A DNA stretch of 64,000 bases from Ruminococcus flavefaciens (GCA_902777125.1 CACYSQ010000004.1:47470-111469), one strand, 5' to 3'. Positions 46,673 to 58,466 are shown, counted from the first letter of the stretch. A program made the numbers and translations. The notes: generated by a model from the letters alone, not told the origin.

Positions 46673-48441
46673 TAGTCCTTCTCCCTTCTCAGCAGCTCAT
46701 CGAGCTCTGCGGAAATCTCTACTGATACCTCACTGAATTCGCGGTCGGTATCAGCCTCCGGAACGTACTTGAAACGTCCTATCTTCTCACGGACCGGCAG
46801 TACAGAGACCTCCTCGATGTCAGCGCCCTTCTTTATGGCTTCGGCAGCCTCGTCATTGAAGTTGAGTATGAGCTTCATCATGTAGAGCTGCTTTTTCAGG
46901 CTTGTGTAGGTATCTACCTCGTGGAATGCAAGCTGGTGGAGGAAGTCCTCGCGTATTGAGCGGGCGGTCTCCATTTTGAGACGGTCGCCTGCGGAGAGGG
47001 CGTCCATACCGATGAGCTTGACGATCTCCTTGAGCTCGGATTCATCGTGGAGTATAGCCATGAACCTTGCCCTGTCCTTCATCCAGTCGATAGAGACATT
47101 GTTATCGTACCACTTTGCGAGCGAATCTGCGTAGAGCGAATAGCTCGTCAGCCAGTTTATCGCCGGGAAGTGTCTCTGGTAGGCGAGGTTTGAATCAAGT
47201 CCCCAGAATACCTTGACGATACGGAGAGTCGCCTGCGAAACAGGCTCGGAGATATCGCCTCCGGGAGGCGAAACAGCGCCGATAACGGAGAGTGCGCCTT
47301 CCCTGCCCTCAGAGCCGTTCGAGATGACTCTGCCTGCACGTTCATAGAACTGAGCGAGACGGCTTCCGAGATATGCAGGGTAGCCCTCGTCGCCGGGCAT
47401 TTCCTCAAGACGTCCGGACATCTCACGCAGAGCCTCCGCCCAACGCGAGGTCGAATCAGCCATAAGAGCTACGGAATAGCCCATATCACGGTAATATTCA
47501 GCAATGGTTATGCCGGTGTAGACCGAAGCCTCACGCGCTGCAACAGGCATATCCGAGGTGTTGGCGATAAGAACGGTGCGCTCCATGAGGGACTTTCCGG
47601 TATTCGGGTCGATAAGCTCGGGGAATTCGTTCAGAACGTCCGTCATTTCGTTACCGCGTTCGCCGCAGCCGATGTATACGATTATATCAGCGTCAGCCCA
47701 CTTTGCAAGCTGGTGCTGAGTAACGGTCTTGCCGCTTCCGAAAGGTCCGGGGATAGCCGCAACTCCGCCCTTCGCTATCGGGAAAAGGCAGTCAACTACT
47801 CGCTGACCTGTAACGAGCGGCATATCCGGGGAAAGCTTCTTCCTGTAGGGTCTGCCGCGGCGGACAGGCCATTTCTGTATGAGGGAAAGCTCGCGCTCAC
47901 CCTTGGCGGTCTCAACGACGCAGACCGTTTCGTCCACATGGAATTCTCCTGCATTGATGGACTTCACCTTACCCTCAACGCCGTTGGGTACCATTATCTT
48001 GTGGAGGACGATATCGGTCTCCTGTACCGTACCGATGATATCGCCGCCTGTTACCTTGTCTCCGACCTCAACGGCAGGCTCGAACTTCCATACCCTGTCC
48101 CTTTTGAGGGAGGGCACTTCAACGCCTCGCTGGAGGTTGTTTCCGGCGACCCTGCGGATATCGTCGAGGGGACGCTGTATACCGTCGAAGATACTGCCTA
48201 TAAGTCCGGGTCCGAGCTCAACGCTCATGGGCTCGCCGGTGGACTCAACCTGCTCGCCTGTGCCGAGACCTGCGGTCTCCTCATAGACCTGTATCGAGGC
48301 ACGGTCGCCGTGCATCTCGATTATCTCGCCGATAAGCCTTTTATTGCTGACGCGGACGACGTCAAACATATTTGAGTCTCTCATTCCCTCTGCGACAACG
48401 AGAGGACCTGAAACCTTAACTATTGTACCAATGCTGCTCAT
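46672..48441 (-). CDS. ntpA: V/A-type ATPase catalytic subunit A
   Basis: Walker [32 protein letters not shown] and [12 protein letters not shown]. Confidence 0.97.
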   Translation of the reverse strand: MSSIGTIVKVSGPLVVAEGMRDSNMFDVVRVSNKRLIGEIIEMHGDRASIQVYEETAGLGTGEQVESTGEPMSVELGPGLIGSIFDGIQRPLDDIRRVAGNNLQRGVEVPSLKRDRVWKFEPAVEVGDKVTGGDIIGTVQETDIVLHKIMVPNGVEGKVKSINAGEFHVDETVCVVETAKGERELSLIQKWPVRRGRPYRKKLSPDMPLVTGQRVVDCLFPIAKGGVAAIPGPFGSGKTVTQHQLAKWADADIIVYIGCGERGNEMTDVLNEFPELIDPNTGKSLMERTVLIANTSDMPVAAREASVYTGITIAEYYRDMGYSVALMADSTSRWAEALREMSGRLEEMPGDEGYPAYLGSRLAQFYERAGRVISNGSEGREGALSVIGAVSPPGGDISEPVSQATLRIVKVFWGLDSNLAYQRHFPAINWLTSYSLYADSLAKWYDNNVSIDWMKDRARFMAILHDESELKEIVKLIGMDALSAGDRLKMETARSIREDFLHQLAFHEVDTYTSLKKQLYMMKLILNFNDEAAEAIKKGADIEEVSVLPVREKIGRFKYVPEADTDREFSEVSVEISAELDELLRREKD

Positions 48442-48462
48442 TGGGTATCATCAGCCTCTTTT

Positions 48463-48774
48463 CTAATTGAGTATATCCGAGCCGACTGCCTTTTCGACCG
48501 AGTCGTGGAGAGCTCTCATGCCCTCGCCTGTATTGCCCTCTATCGCCGGGATAAGGACTATCGCAGGCAGTCTGCTGCTTCTGTATCTGTTTATAGTATC
48601 GCTGACGAGAGCCGCCGCCGGTTCAGTGATGTATATCACTGCGAACTCACTCGCGGCAAGTCTTGTCAGGAGCTTCTTGATGCGTTCCGGTTCCGTCTCG
48701 CGGAAAACGGAAAGTCCCAGTGCGGCAAAGCCGGAAACACTTGCGCTGTCGCCGATAACGGCTGCCTTATACAT
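48463..48774 (-). CDS. ntpG: V/A-type ATPase subunit F (NtpG in E. hirae nomenclature)
   Basis: AVIGD..SVSGF.ALG and IVLIP; position in operon. Confidence 0.9.
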   Translation of the reverse strand: MYKAAVIGDSASVSGFAALGLSVFRETEPERIKKLLTRLAASEFAVIYITEPAAALVSDTINRYRSSRLPAIVLIPAIEGNTGEGMRALHDSVEKAVGSDILN

Positions 48775-49702
48775 AGAGCTTTCTCATCCTTTCCGTGATA
48801 GTATCTCTGTCCGTACCGCATTCCCTGCATATCATGAGTATGCGGAGGTTTTTCAGCTCGGCTTCCTTTGCGATATAGTAAGCCGCAAGCGGCTCAACGC
48901 CGAACGCCTGCATACGGGCGCTCTCAGCGTGTTCAACTATGATATCATCGCACCACTTCTCAAACTGTGCAGGCGATTCACGGAGCATCTGAACAGCCTC
49001 GTTATAGGAGGTCGCCTCGAGCTGACTGAGCAGTCCTTCCGTACCGGAAAGTGCAGCTCTTATGAGGAATTCCTTGTCAAGCTCGGTGCTTCCGCAAATG
49101 GCACGTTCGAGGAACTGTCTCGGCTTCTGCATGAGACTGCACCTGTAGGCAGTCTTTATATCAGCACAGGCTGTAGTAAGAGCGGCAAATCTCATCATAA
49201 AGGCATTGCCGTATTCGTCCGCACTCCTCTGCATTGCAGCAAGTGCCGCCTGATCTATCAGCGAATCGGAGAGCTGACCGTCAAGGGTGCGTGTAGCAAT
49301 GTCATAAGCCTCCTCGGCAGCCTCCCGCATATATGCCGGCAGACCGTCGTATTCCTTCGAGGTGAGTGCCTGCTCTATATCGTGCAGGGAAACATTTGAG
49401 GGCGAGATATAGTAATCCGCCGGTTCTCTGCCGGAGAGCTTCGCCTTCAGGACAGCCTTCAGGTTGTGGAAATCGTTCCTGTAGAGGAGTATCTTCAGCA
49501 CCTCATTGTCAGGAGCATAGCCGTTCAGCAGCTCCCAGACCTCCTCCATAGTTCTTGGGAAGGAGAGCTTCGATTCCATGAGCGTCCGTGTCTCGCTGAG
49601 TGCAGATGCACCGATAAGCTGCTCGATATCGCTGTGAGTGAGCAGACCGCTCTCCATAGCCTTTACGGCTGCGACCGCGCTTGCAAATTCTGTTGCGCTC
49701 AT
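48767..49702 (-). CDS. ntpC: V/A-type ATPase subunit C/d
   Basis: YRNDFHNLKAVLK and FGVEPLAAYYIAKEAELKNLRIL...ERMRKLYV. Confidence 0.9.
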   Translation of the reverse strand: MSATEFASAVAAVKAMESGLLTHSDIEQLIGASALSETRTLMESKLSFPRTMEEVWELLNGYAPDNEVLKILLYRNDFHNLKAVLKAKLSGREPADYYISPSNVSLHDIEQALTSKEYDGLPAYMREAAEEAYDIATRTLDGQLSDSLIDQAALAAMQRSADEYGNAFMMRFAALTTACADIKTAYRCSLMQKPRQFLERAICGSTELDKEFLIRAALSGTEGLLSQLEATSYNEAVQMLRESPAQFEKWCDDIIVEHAESARMQAFGVEPLAAYYIAKEAELKNLRILMICRECGTDRDTITERMRKLYV

Positions 49703-49710
49703 CTTATCAC

Positions 49711-50304
49711 CTACCTGAATAATTCCCTTGCAGCGATATCTCTCACAGCCTCGCGTTCCGCTTCAAGAACAGCCCTGAACGAACAGTTTTCGGAGATATT
49801 GCCGTACTGGAGTATACAGCCGTCCGGGATATCCGCGGGCTCGGCTGATACGCTGACACTGCCGCCTGCCTTTGCAGCAGCAGCTTTGATATTTGCTGCG
49901 AAATCCGCGGGCATTCTTTCAAGGTCACGGCTGCTGAGACGGACGATTCCCTCGCCGCTTCTGAGCCTTGACGTAATGAGCCTTGTGAGCATTGCAAAGT
50001 AATCCGCGGTCGGAAGTGAAACGAGCTTGAGAACGGTATTGTCCACGGCAAGGTCTATCTGCTTCACCTTGAATTCGAGTATCCTGCGCTTCATTGCCGT
50101 ATCGACCGAAGTACAGGCGTTTTCGTGGTCGCGGACTATCGCAGCGGAAGCCCTGTTCATATAGTCGGTATAAGCCTTCTCAGCATCAGCCCTTGCCTGT
50201 TTGTCGATCGCTTCTGCCCTGCTTTCGGCAGCAGACATGAGCCTCTGCTCGTTTTCCTTCTGCTGGGAGGAAATGATGTTGATTATTTCGTCAAGTCCGG
50301 ACAT
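49711..50304 (-). CDS. ntpE: V/A-type ATPase subunit E
   Basis: MSGLDEII.. coiled coil; GCILQYGNISENCSF; operon position. Confidence 0.88.
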   Translation of the reverse strand: MSGLDEIINIISSQQKENEQRLMSAAESRAEAIDKQARADAEKAYTDYMNRASAAIVRDHENACTSVDTAMKRRILEFKVKQIDLAVDNTVLKLVSLPTADYFAMLTRLITSRLRSGEGIVRLSSRDLERMPADFAANIKAAAAKAGGSVSVSAEPADIPDGCILQYGNISENCSFRAVLEAEREAVRDIAARELFR

Positions 50305-50320
50305 AAGCCACCTCCGACGA

Positions 50321-52760
<2,440 letters not shown>

Positions 52761-52793
52761 ATATCACATCACACTCCTTAGTATGCGGTCTTT

Positions 52794-53102
52794 TTAGAAA
52801 AATTCAGCTATGATACGATCAACGGTGGCTTTCATGTTCCTCTCGGAAGCGCTTTTTATCCTGCCGAGCTCGGTATCACAGGCGTTCTCAGCCTTTTTGC
52901 TGTATTCCTCAAGCTTCTTCTCATATTCGGCACGCATTTTTCCAGCCTCAACGGCAGCGTCGCCGAGCTTTTTCTGTATCGTTCTTGAAGCTCTGCCCTT
53001 TGCCTCGGTAACGAGCTCCTCGCTTCGCTGACGGGCTTCGGCGTTTTTCTGTTCAACATCAGCCTCAGCGGACAGAATCCTGTTCACAGCTTCAGACGCC
53101 AT
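52794..53102 (-). CDS. ntpF: V/A-type ATPase peripheral stalk subunit G/H (NtpF in E. hirae nomenclature)
   Basis: 102-aa charged coiled coil, first gene of the operon, GGAGGG RBS. Confidence 0.8.
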   Translation of the reverse strand: MASEAVNRILSAEADVEQKNAEARQRSEELVTEAKGRASRTIQKKLGDAAVEAGKMRAEYEKKLEEYSKKAENACDTELGRIKSASERNMKATVDRIIAEFF

Positions 53103-53144
53103 ATTATCCCTCCTTCAGAAATGACTGTCGGTCAATCTATATAT

Positions 53145-53173
53145 ATTGTAGCACCTCCCGGCGTGTTTGTCAA
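53145..53173 (-). promoter_or_regulatory. Proximal promoter (P1) of the ATPase operon
   Basis: TTGACA-17 bp-TACAAT. Confidence 0.7.
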
Positions 53174-53194
53174 GGGGGTATTTACGACAAATAA

Positions 53195-53250
53195 AGCCAA
53201 AAGGGAGCTATTCTACAGACAGCTCCCCATTGATAACTATTCAACCAACA
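53195..53250 (-). ncRNA. Attenuated leader / candidate Na+-sensing (DUF1646-like) riboswitch
   Basis: Transcript GUUGGUUGAAUAGUUAUCAAUGGGGAGCUGUCUGUAGAAUAGCUCCCUUUU: small GUUGA/UCAAU hairpin, then a terminator GGGAGCU/AGCUCCC-UUUU. Confidence 0.5.
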
Positions 53251-53255
53251 TTATT

Positions 53256-53284
53256 ATTATACCACGCCGCAGCTATTATGTCAA
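53256..53284 (-). promoter_or_regulatory. Distal promoter (P2) of the ATPase operon
   Basis: Perfect TTGACA-17 bp-TATAAT with TG extension. Confidence 0.8.
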
Positions 53285-53324
53285 GTATTTTTTTATTGAT
53301 TGCAGTTCAGAGCAAGTCCGCCGC

Positions 53325-53355
53325 AAACAATAAGGGACGCCAAAAACGGCGTCCC
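53325..53355 (-). terminator. Terminator after hisS-aspS-Nudix
   Basis: GGGACGCC/GGCGTCCC stem followed by UUAUUGUUU. Confidence 0.75.
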
Positions 53356-53373
53356 CAGCAAATATCAGGTCAA

Positions 53374-53832
53374 CTATACACCAAATATCTCAAATTCCTC
53401 CGGTCTGAGGGATATCGATCGGTAATCGCCCTTGCCGAGCGTATTTTCCCTGTCGGCGATATACGCATTGAGTATCGCACGGCTCATGTTGGTTATATCG
53501 GGTCTCTGCACAGCCTCCTCGGGAGTGAGAAGCAGGACTTCGCTGTTCTCATAGCCGTCCGAAACAGGCTCGCCGGAGACATATCCCAGCCTGAATACAA
53601 CGCACCACTGGTCGCGCTTGAATTGTATCGAAAAGACCGAAAGGGCCTCTGCCCTGACCTTGGTCTCCTCGTAAAACTCCCTTGCGACAGCCTGAGTCGG
53701 AAGCTCGTCCTCCTTGACATAGCCGCCGGGAATGAGTATCCTGTCCTTGGCCTGACCGTAGGTGTGACGGACAAAGAGTATCCTACCGTCTATCTCGAGA
53801 ATGCCGCAGACTGCATAGTAACGGTTACTCAT
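53374..53832 (-). CDS. Nudix hydrolase
   Basis: Nudix box PGGYVKEDELPTQAVAREFYEETKV; start overlaps the aspS stop. Confidence 0.9.
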   Translation of the reverse strand: MSNRYYAVCGILEIDGRILFVRHTYGQAKDRILIPGGYVKEDELPTQAVAREFYEETKVRAEALSVFSIQFKRDQWCVVFRLGYVSGEPVSDGYENSEVLLLTPEEAVQRPDITNMSRAILNAYIADRENTLGKGDYRSISLRPEEFEIFGV

Positions 53833-55603
53833 CTTCTTTGTTCACAACAGCGATGCCGAGTGCGGAAAGGCTCTCATCGTCAACAAAGGACGGGCACTCG
53901 GACATGAGCTCGCTTGCATTCTGAACCTTCGGGAATGCCGTAACATCGCGGAGACTGTCCGCCTTGCACATTATCATGGCAAGTCTGTCGAGACCGATGC
54001 CCATGCCGCCGTGAGGCGGTGCAGCATAGCGGTAAGCGTCAACAAGGAAGCCGAATTTAGCCTGTATCTCCTCGTCAGTCATGCCAAGAGCCTCGAACAT
54101 CTTCTGCTGGAGCTCAAAGTCAGTGATACGCATAGAGCCGCTGGAAAGCTCCGTTCCGTTGAGAACGAGGTCCCAAGCCTTTGCGCGGACGTTTGCCGGA
54201 TCGGTATCGAGGTAGCCGAGGCATTCCTCCATAGGCATGGTGAACGGGTGATGTGCAGCTACCCATGTATTGTTGTCTTCATCGAACTCAAAGAACGGCA
54301 TTTCGGTTATCCAGAGGAAGTTGTACTTATCCTCGGGGATAACGCCGAGACGCTTTCCGCAGATAAGACGGAGAGCACCGAGAGTTGAGAGAACGGTCTT
54401 TTTCCTGTCAGCACAGATGAGAACGAGGTCGCCTGCCTTAGCATCGAGTGCGGAGCATATCTTTTCGAGGTCGCCCTCTGCGAGGAACTTCTTGAACGAG
54501 CAGTTAGGTTCGTCAGCCCAGCGGATATAAGCGAGACCCTTTGCACCGATGCCCTTAGCGTGTTCAACGAGCTTGTCGATCTCCTTGCGGGTATAGGTTG
54601 CAGCGCCGTCCTTGACGTTGATAGCGCGGACCGTACCGCCGGCAGCGACAGCGTCCTTGAATACGGGGAAATCTATATCCTTGACAACATCAGTGATGTC
54701 GTTTATCTCGAAGCCGAATCGTGTATCAGGCTTATCCGAACCGAAACGGTCCATAGCGTCCGCGAAGGTCATTCTCGGGAGCGGAAGGGGTACATCAACG
54801 CCCATGACCTCCTTGAAAACGCGCTGGATAAAGCCTTCTACGCACTCCTGAATGTCCTCGGCATCAACGAAGGACATCTCGAGGTCTATCTGAGTGAATT
54901 CCGGCTGTCTGTCAGCGCGGAGATCCTCATCGCGGAAGCAGCGGGCAAGCTGTATGTACCTGTCGTAGCCTGCTATCATGAGAAGCTGCTTGTATATCTG
55001 CGGAGACTGCGGCAGAGCGTAGAATTTGCCCTGATGAACTCTTGAGGGGATAAGATAGTCCCTTGCGCCCTCGGGTGTGGACTTCATCATCATGGGAGTC
55101 TCTATCTCGAGGAAGCCGTTCTCATAGAAGTATTCACGGGTGACCTTTGCGATCTCGTGACGTCTGATGATATTCTGCTGGAGAGGCTCTCTTCTGAGGT
55201 CGAGATAGCGGTATTTGAGCCTGAGCTCGTCGTTTACCTTGGTATCGCTGACTATCTCAAAGGGAGGCGTCTGAGCCTTTGCGAGAATGCGGAGGTCTGT
55301 AACGAATATCTCGATATTTCCGGTTTTGAGCTTGTCGTTCTTGCTCTCACGCTCACGCACCTCGCCCTTTGCCATGATGACGAACTCGCTTCTGCACGAA
55401 GCAGCCTTCTCGAAAATAGCAGGGTCAGTGGTCTCGTTGAAAAGAAGCTGTACAACGCCTGTTCTGTCCCTGAGAACAAGGAAGATCACACCGCCCTTGT
55501 TCCTTATCCTGTCAACAAATCCTCCGACAACTACCTCGCTGCCTATTTCAGCCACATCGCCGCAGTAATGCGTGCGCTTCAAGCCCTTCATGCTGTCTGC
55601 CAT
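53825..55603 (-). CDS. aspS: Aspartate-tRNA ligase
   Basis: RTHYCG, LRDRTG, RLKYRYLDLRR, KSTPEGARDYL, FRDEDLRADRQPEFTQID and PPHGGMGIGLDR; ATG 55603. Confidence 0.97.
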   Translation of the reverse strand: MADSMKGLKRTHYCGDVAEIGSEVVVGGFVDRIRNKGGVIFLVLRDRTGVVQLLFNETTDPAIFEKAASCRSEFVIMAKGEVRERESKNDKLKTGNIEIFVTDLRILAKAQTPPFEIVSDTKVNDELRLKYRYLDLRREPLQQNIIRRHEIAKVTREYFYENGFLEIETPMMMKSTPEGARDYLIPSRVHQGKFYALPQSPQIYKQLLMIAGYDRYIQLARCFRDEDLRADRQPEFTQIDLEMSFVDAEDIQECVEGFIQRVFKEVMGVDVPLPLPRMTFADAMDRFGSDKPDTRFGFEINDITDVVKDIDFPVFKDAVAAGGTVRAINVKDGAATYTRKEIDKLVEHAKGIGAKGLAYIRWADEPNCSFKKFLAEGDLEKICSALDAKAGDLVLICADRKKTVLSTLGALRLICGKRLGVIPEDKYNFLWITEMPFFEFDEDNNTWVAAHHPFTMPMEECLGYLDTDPANVRAKAWDLVLNGTELSSGSMRITDFELQQKMFEALGMTDEEIQAKFGFLVDAYRYAAPPHGGMGIGLDRLAMIMCKADSLRDVTAFPKVQNASELMSECPSFVDDESLSALGIAVVNKEDE

Positions 55604-55604
55604 A

Positions 55605-56939
55605 TTACTTATCCTCCCCGGTGAATGCAAAGGGCGGATTATTGCCGTCGTCCATTACATTCATCATTTTATTGAAATATATTTCCTCGAAAACAGTCTC
55701 GAACTTGTTATCGAGGCTCATCTTTGTTTCCTCGCCGCTCTCCATTTCCTTGAGCTTCGCAGTACCCTCCGCGAGCTCGTTGTCGCCGAGCACCATAGTG
55801 AACGCAGCACCGATCTTGTTGGCGTACTTCATCTGAGCCTTCAGACCTCTCTGCATGAGGTCAAACTCCGCAAAATAGCCGTATTCGCGGAGCTGTGCGG
55901 AAAGCTTCATAGCCTTTTCGAGTGCAGGCTCGCCCATAGTGGCAAAGTAAATGTCGCACTTCTTTGGCGCAAGGAAATCGCAGCCCTGCTTGTCCATGAC
56001 AAGGAGAAGTCTTTCGAGACCCATACCGAAGCCGAGAGCCGGTGTATGCTGTCCTCCGAGCTGTTCGATGAGACCGTCATAGCGTCCGCCTCCGCAGACT
56101 GTACCCTGTGCTCCTATCTCAGTGGTGATGAACTCGAAAACGGTCTTGGTGTAGTAATCGAGGCCGCGCACTATCTTGGGGTCAACAATATAGGAGATAC
56201 CTGCGATATCGAGGTATTTTTTCAGCTTGGTGAAGTGGCTGCTGCACTCCTCGCAGAGATAATCGAGGATAACGGGCGCGTCCTTGGCTATCTCACGGTC
56301 TTCAGGGCTCTTGCAGTCGAGAAGGCGCATCGGGTTCTTGACAAGACGCTCCTTGCAGGTATCACAGAGCTCTTCCTTGCGGGGCTCAAAGTAAGCTCTC
56401 AGAGCATCGTGATACTTCGCACGGCAGGCAGGACAGCCGATAGAGTTGATGTGGAGCTCGATATTCCTGAGCTCGAGCCTGTCGAGTATCTTCTTTGCAA
56501 GGGAAATGACCTCCGCATCAGCAGCAGGCGACGGGCTTCCAGCCATTTCAAGTCCGAACTGGTGGAACTCACGGAGACGTCCTGCCTGAGGTCTTTCGTG
56601 GCGGAAACAGGAGATGATATAGAATATCCTCTGGGGCAGAGCCTCGTTGAGGAGACCGTTCTGGAGCATGGCGCGTATCGCACCGGCAGTACCCTCGGGA
56701 CGGAGCGTGAATTCGGTCTCCTTAGCCTTTACGGTGTACATCTCCTTCTGAACGACGTCTGTAGTCTCGCCTACTGAGCGCAGGAAGAGCTCGGTGTTCT
56801 CGAAGGTCGGGAAGCGCAGCTCACCGAAGCCGTAGCTTTCCGCGGTCTCCCTCGCTATCTTTTCAACGGTGTGCCACTTGTGCGCGTCACGGGGAATGAC
56901 GTCCTCCGTACCGTTTGGACGCTTGATATTCATTGCCAT
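55605..56939 (-). CDS. hisS: Histidine-tRNA ligase
   Basis: VVQKEMYT, LRPEGTA, FRHERPQAGRLREFHQ, LVRGLDYY-like IVRGLDYYT, GGGRYDGL and GFGMGLER. Confidence 0.97.
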   Translation of the reverse strand: MAMNIKRPNGTEDVIPRDAHKWHTVEKIARETAESYGFGELRFPTFENTELFLRSVGETTDVVQKEMYTVKAKETEFTLRPEGTAGAIRAMLQNGLLNEALPQRIFYIISCFRHERPQAGRLREFHQFGLEMAGSPSPAADAEVISLAKKILDRLELRNIELHINSIGCPACRAKYHDALRAYFEPRKEELCDTCKERLVKNPMRLLDCKSPEDREIAKDAPVILDYLCEECSSHFTKLKKYLDIAGISYIVDPKIVRGLDYYTKTVFEFITTEIGAQGTVCGGGRYDGLIEQLGGQHTPALGFGMGLERLLLVMDKQGCDFLAPKKCDIYFATMGEPALEKAMKLSAQLREYGYFAEFDLMQRGLKAQMKYANKIGAAFTMVLGDNELAEGTAKLKEMESGEETKMSLDNKFETVFEEIYFNKMMNVMDDGNNPPFAFTGEDK

Positions 56940-57040
56940 AGATAATTCAGCCTTTCATTTGGTAGAAGTTAAAAGTTCGCAGCGTTCGGGATATCCGCGT
57001 AAGCAGGCATCTCAACCGGGAACTGATAACTAATTACTTA

Positions 57041-57074
57041 CAAACATGAAAATTGTCCCAATAAAGGGACAATT
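57041..57074 (-). terminator. Hairpin/terminator after mgsA
   Basis: AATTGTCCC/GGGACAATT stem followed by UUCAUGUUUG. Confidence 0.65.
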
Positions 57075-57080
57075 CATAGT

Positions 57081-57482
57081 TCAGATACCGGGTGTTCCGA
57101 CCTCACGCCAGTCAAGATCGCCTCTTTCAAGGGCGAGTATCAGGGGCTCGGCAGTCGCGATATTAGTAGCGACAGGAACGTTGTGGACATCACAGAGCCT
57201 GAGAAGGTTCATGCCGTGGTAATCGGTAGCCTTGGGATTGATAGGGTCTCTGAAAAAGAGGAGCACATCGACCTCGTTGCATGAAAGCAGAGCCATTATC
57301 TGTTCAGCTCCGCCCTGTCCGCTGAGATATCTTTTAATAGGAAGCCCTGTGGCTTCGCTGACCTGCTTTCCGGTCGTATTTGTAGCTATGAGCGTGTGCT
57401 TGGAAAGAATACCGCAATATGCGCTGCAGAACTGTACCATGAGCTCTTTCTTTGCATCATGCGCGATTATTGCAATCTTCAT
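57081..57482 (-). CDS. mgsA: Methylglyoxal synthase homolog (catalytic residues altered)
   Basis: IAHDAKK, AT.TTG, FFRDP and LLRLCDVHNVPVATNIATAE match MgsA, but GGDQQ reads GGAEQ and PHDPD reads ATDYH. Confidence 0.85.
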   Translation of the reverse strand: MKIAIIAHDAKKELMVQFCSAYCGILSKHTLIATNTTGKQVSEATGLPIKRYLSGQGGAEQIMALLSCNEVDVLLFFRDPINPKATDYHGMNLLRLCDVHNVPVATNIATAEPLILALERGDLDWREVGTPGI

Positions 57483-57574
57483 AAAATAACATCCTCTCTC
57501 CGAATTCGGTAAATTTAGTATAGTTTCTGGAGCAGAACTGTGAGGTCACTGTACGCCTTTTGTACAGCCTCCTG

Positions 57575-58309
57575 TCAGTTATTGAACGTGAGCGGTATGA
57601 ATTCGCCGCCGAGTCTCTTGGAAATAGCATCGAAAGCCTTGAGAGCCTCCGAGTCGGTAGGAATGGGGTTGCCCTTGCCGGTAGCGACGGTCATCTTGAA
57701 ATCATCGGGGATAACGCCGATGAGCTGAATGCCGACCTTGTCGATGATCTCATCGAGGTTAGCGACGAGACCGTTGCCGATGACCTTCTTGCTTACCTTA
57801 TTGATGATAAGACGCTGGCTCTTGTTGCCGCGGTTATAGAACTCGTCCGACATGAGGCTTGCATCACGAATGCAGACCTGATCGGGTGTAGAGACAACGA
57901 GTATGAGGTTTGACTGCTCAACGATATCGAAAACATGGGAATTGATACCGGCGCCTGTGTCGATAATGATATACTCGAAATACTTCTTCAGCGAGCTGCA
58001 GATATCGCCTATCTGTTCAGCGTTCACAGGAGTGAGGGTCTTCGGAGCACAGAGAATGCTCAGGTTGCTTGCCATAGGCACCTGTGCAACAGCGTCGAGG
58101 GCTTTTTTCTTGCCGTTGAGGACTTCGCCGAGGTCATGCTGTATGCTGTTTTCCATACCGAACATGATATCAAGACAGCGGAGACCGAAGTCGAGCTCGA
58201 TGATGAGGGTACGGTGACCCTGTTTAGCGAGAGCATAGCCGAGACCGGAACAGATAGTAGATTTACCTGTACCGCCCTTACCTGAAGTTACCGCGATTAC
58301 TTTAGCCAT
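57575..58309 (-). CDS. minD: MinD-family ATPase (no C-terminal membrane-targeting helix)
   Basis: Deviant Walker A TSGKGGTGKST, ELDFGLRCLD and IIDTGAGI; AAAGGA RBS before ATG 58309; 244 aa. Confidence 0.85.
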   Translation of the reverse strand: MAKVIAVTSGKGGTGKSTICSGLGYALAKQGHRTLIIELDFGLRCLDIMFGMENSIQHDLGEVLNGKKKALDAVAQVPMASNLSILCAPKTLTPVNAEQIGDICSSLKKYFEYIIIDTGAGINSHVFDIVEQSNLILVVSTPDQVCIRDASLMSDEFYNRGNKSQRLIINKVSKKVIGNGLVANLDEIIDKVGIQLIGVIPDDFKMTVATGKGNPIPTDSEALKAFDAISKRLGGEFIPLTFNN

Positions 58310-58437
58310 TTCAAATCCTTTCCGATATCCGCAAGCCAGAGCAGTATAGCTGCTGAACGGCACCGGACTCTGCAAAAAATATAGAAAAAATATACTCGCA
58401 GCAGAGAACATACCGCCGCAATAATACTCTACCATAT

Positions 58438-58466
58438 ATTATAACATATAAAACCGGCAATGTCAA
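58438..58466 (-). promoter_or_regulatory. minD promoter
   Basis: Perfect TTGACA-17 bp-TATAAT. Confidence 0.8.

Noticed and set aside
48467-49399. 310-aa ORF antisense to ntpC/ntpG, and similar shadow ORFs (4280-4987, 13300-14064, 20259-21065, 39021-39815, 45734-46468)
   Set aside because: All are mirror frames of well-supported genes with no independent coding signal.
55572-56777. 401-aa ORF antisense to hisS (tempting as sense/antisense synthetase coding)
   Set aside because: No RBS or family motifs. Long antisense frames occur opposite most highly expressed genes here (rnj, ftsH, pnp, ntpA/B/C) and are explained by codon bias avoiding TTA/CTA/TCA.
56940-57080. Possible T-box leader upstream of hisS-aspS
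   Set aside because: Only about 100 nt after the mgsA hairpin, with no T-box consensus (GGUGGNACCGCG) or stem I motifs. I also found no clear promoter, so readthrough from minD is possible but unproven.
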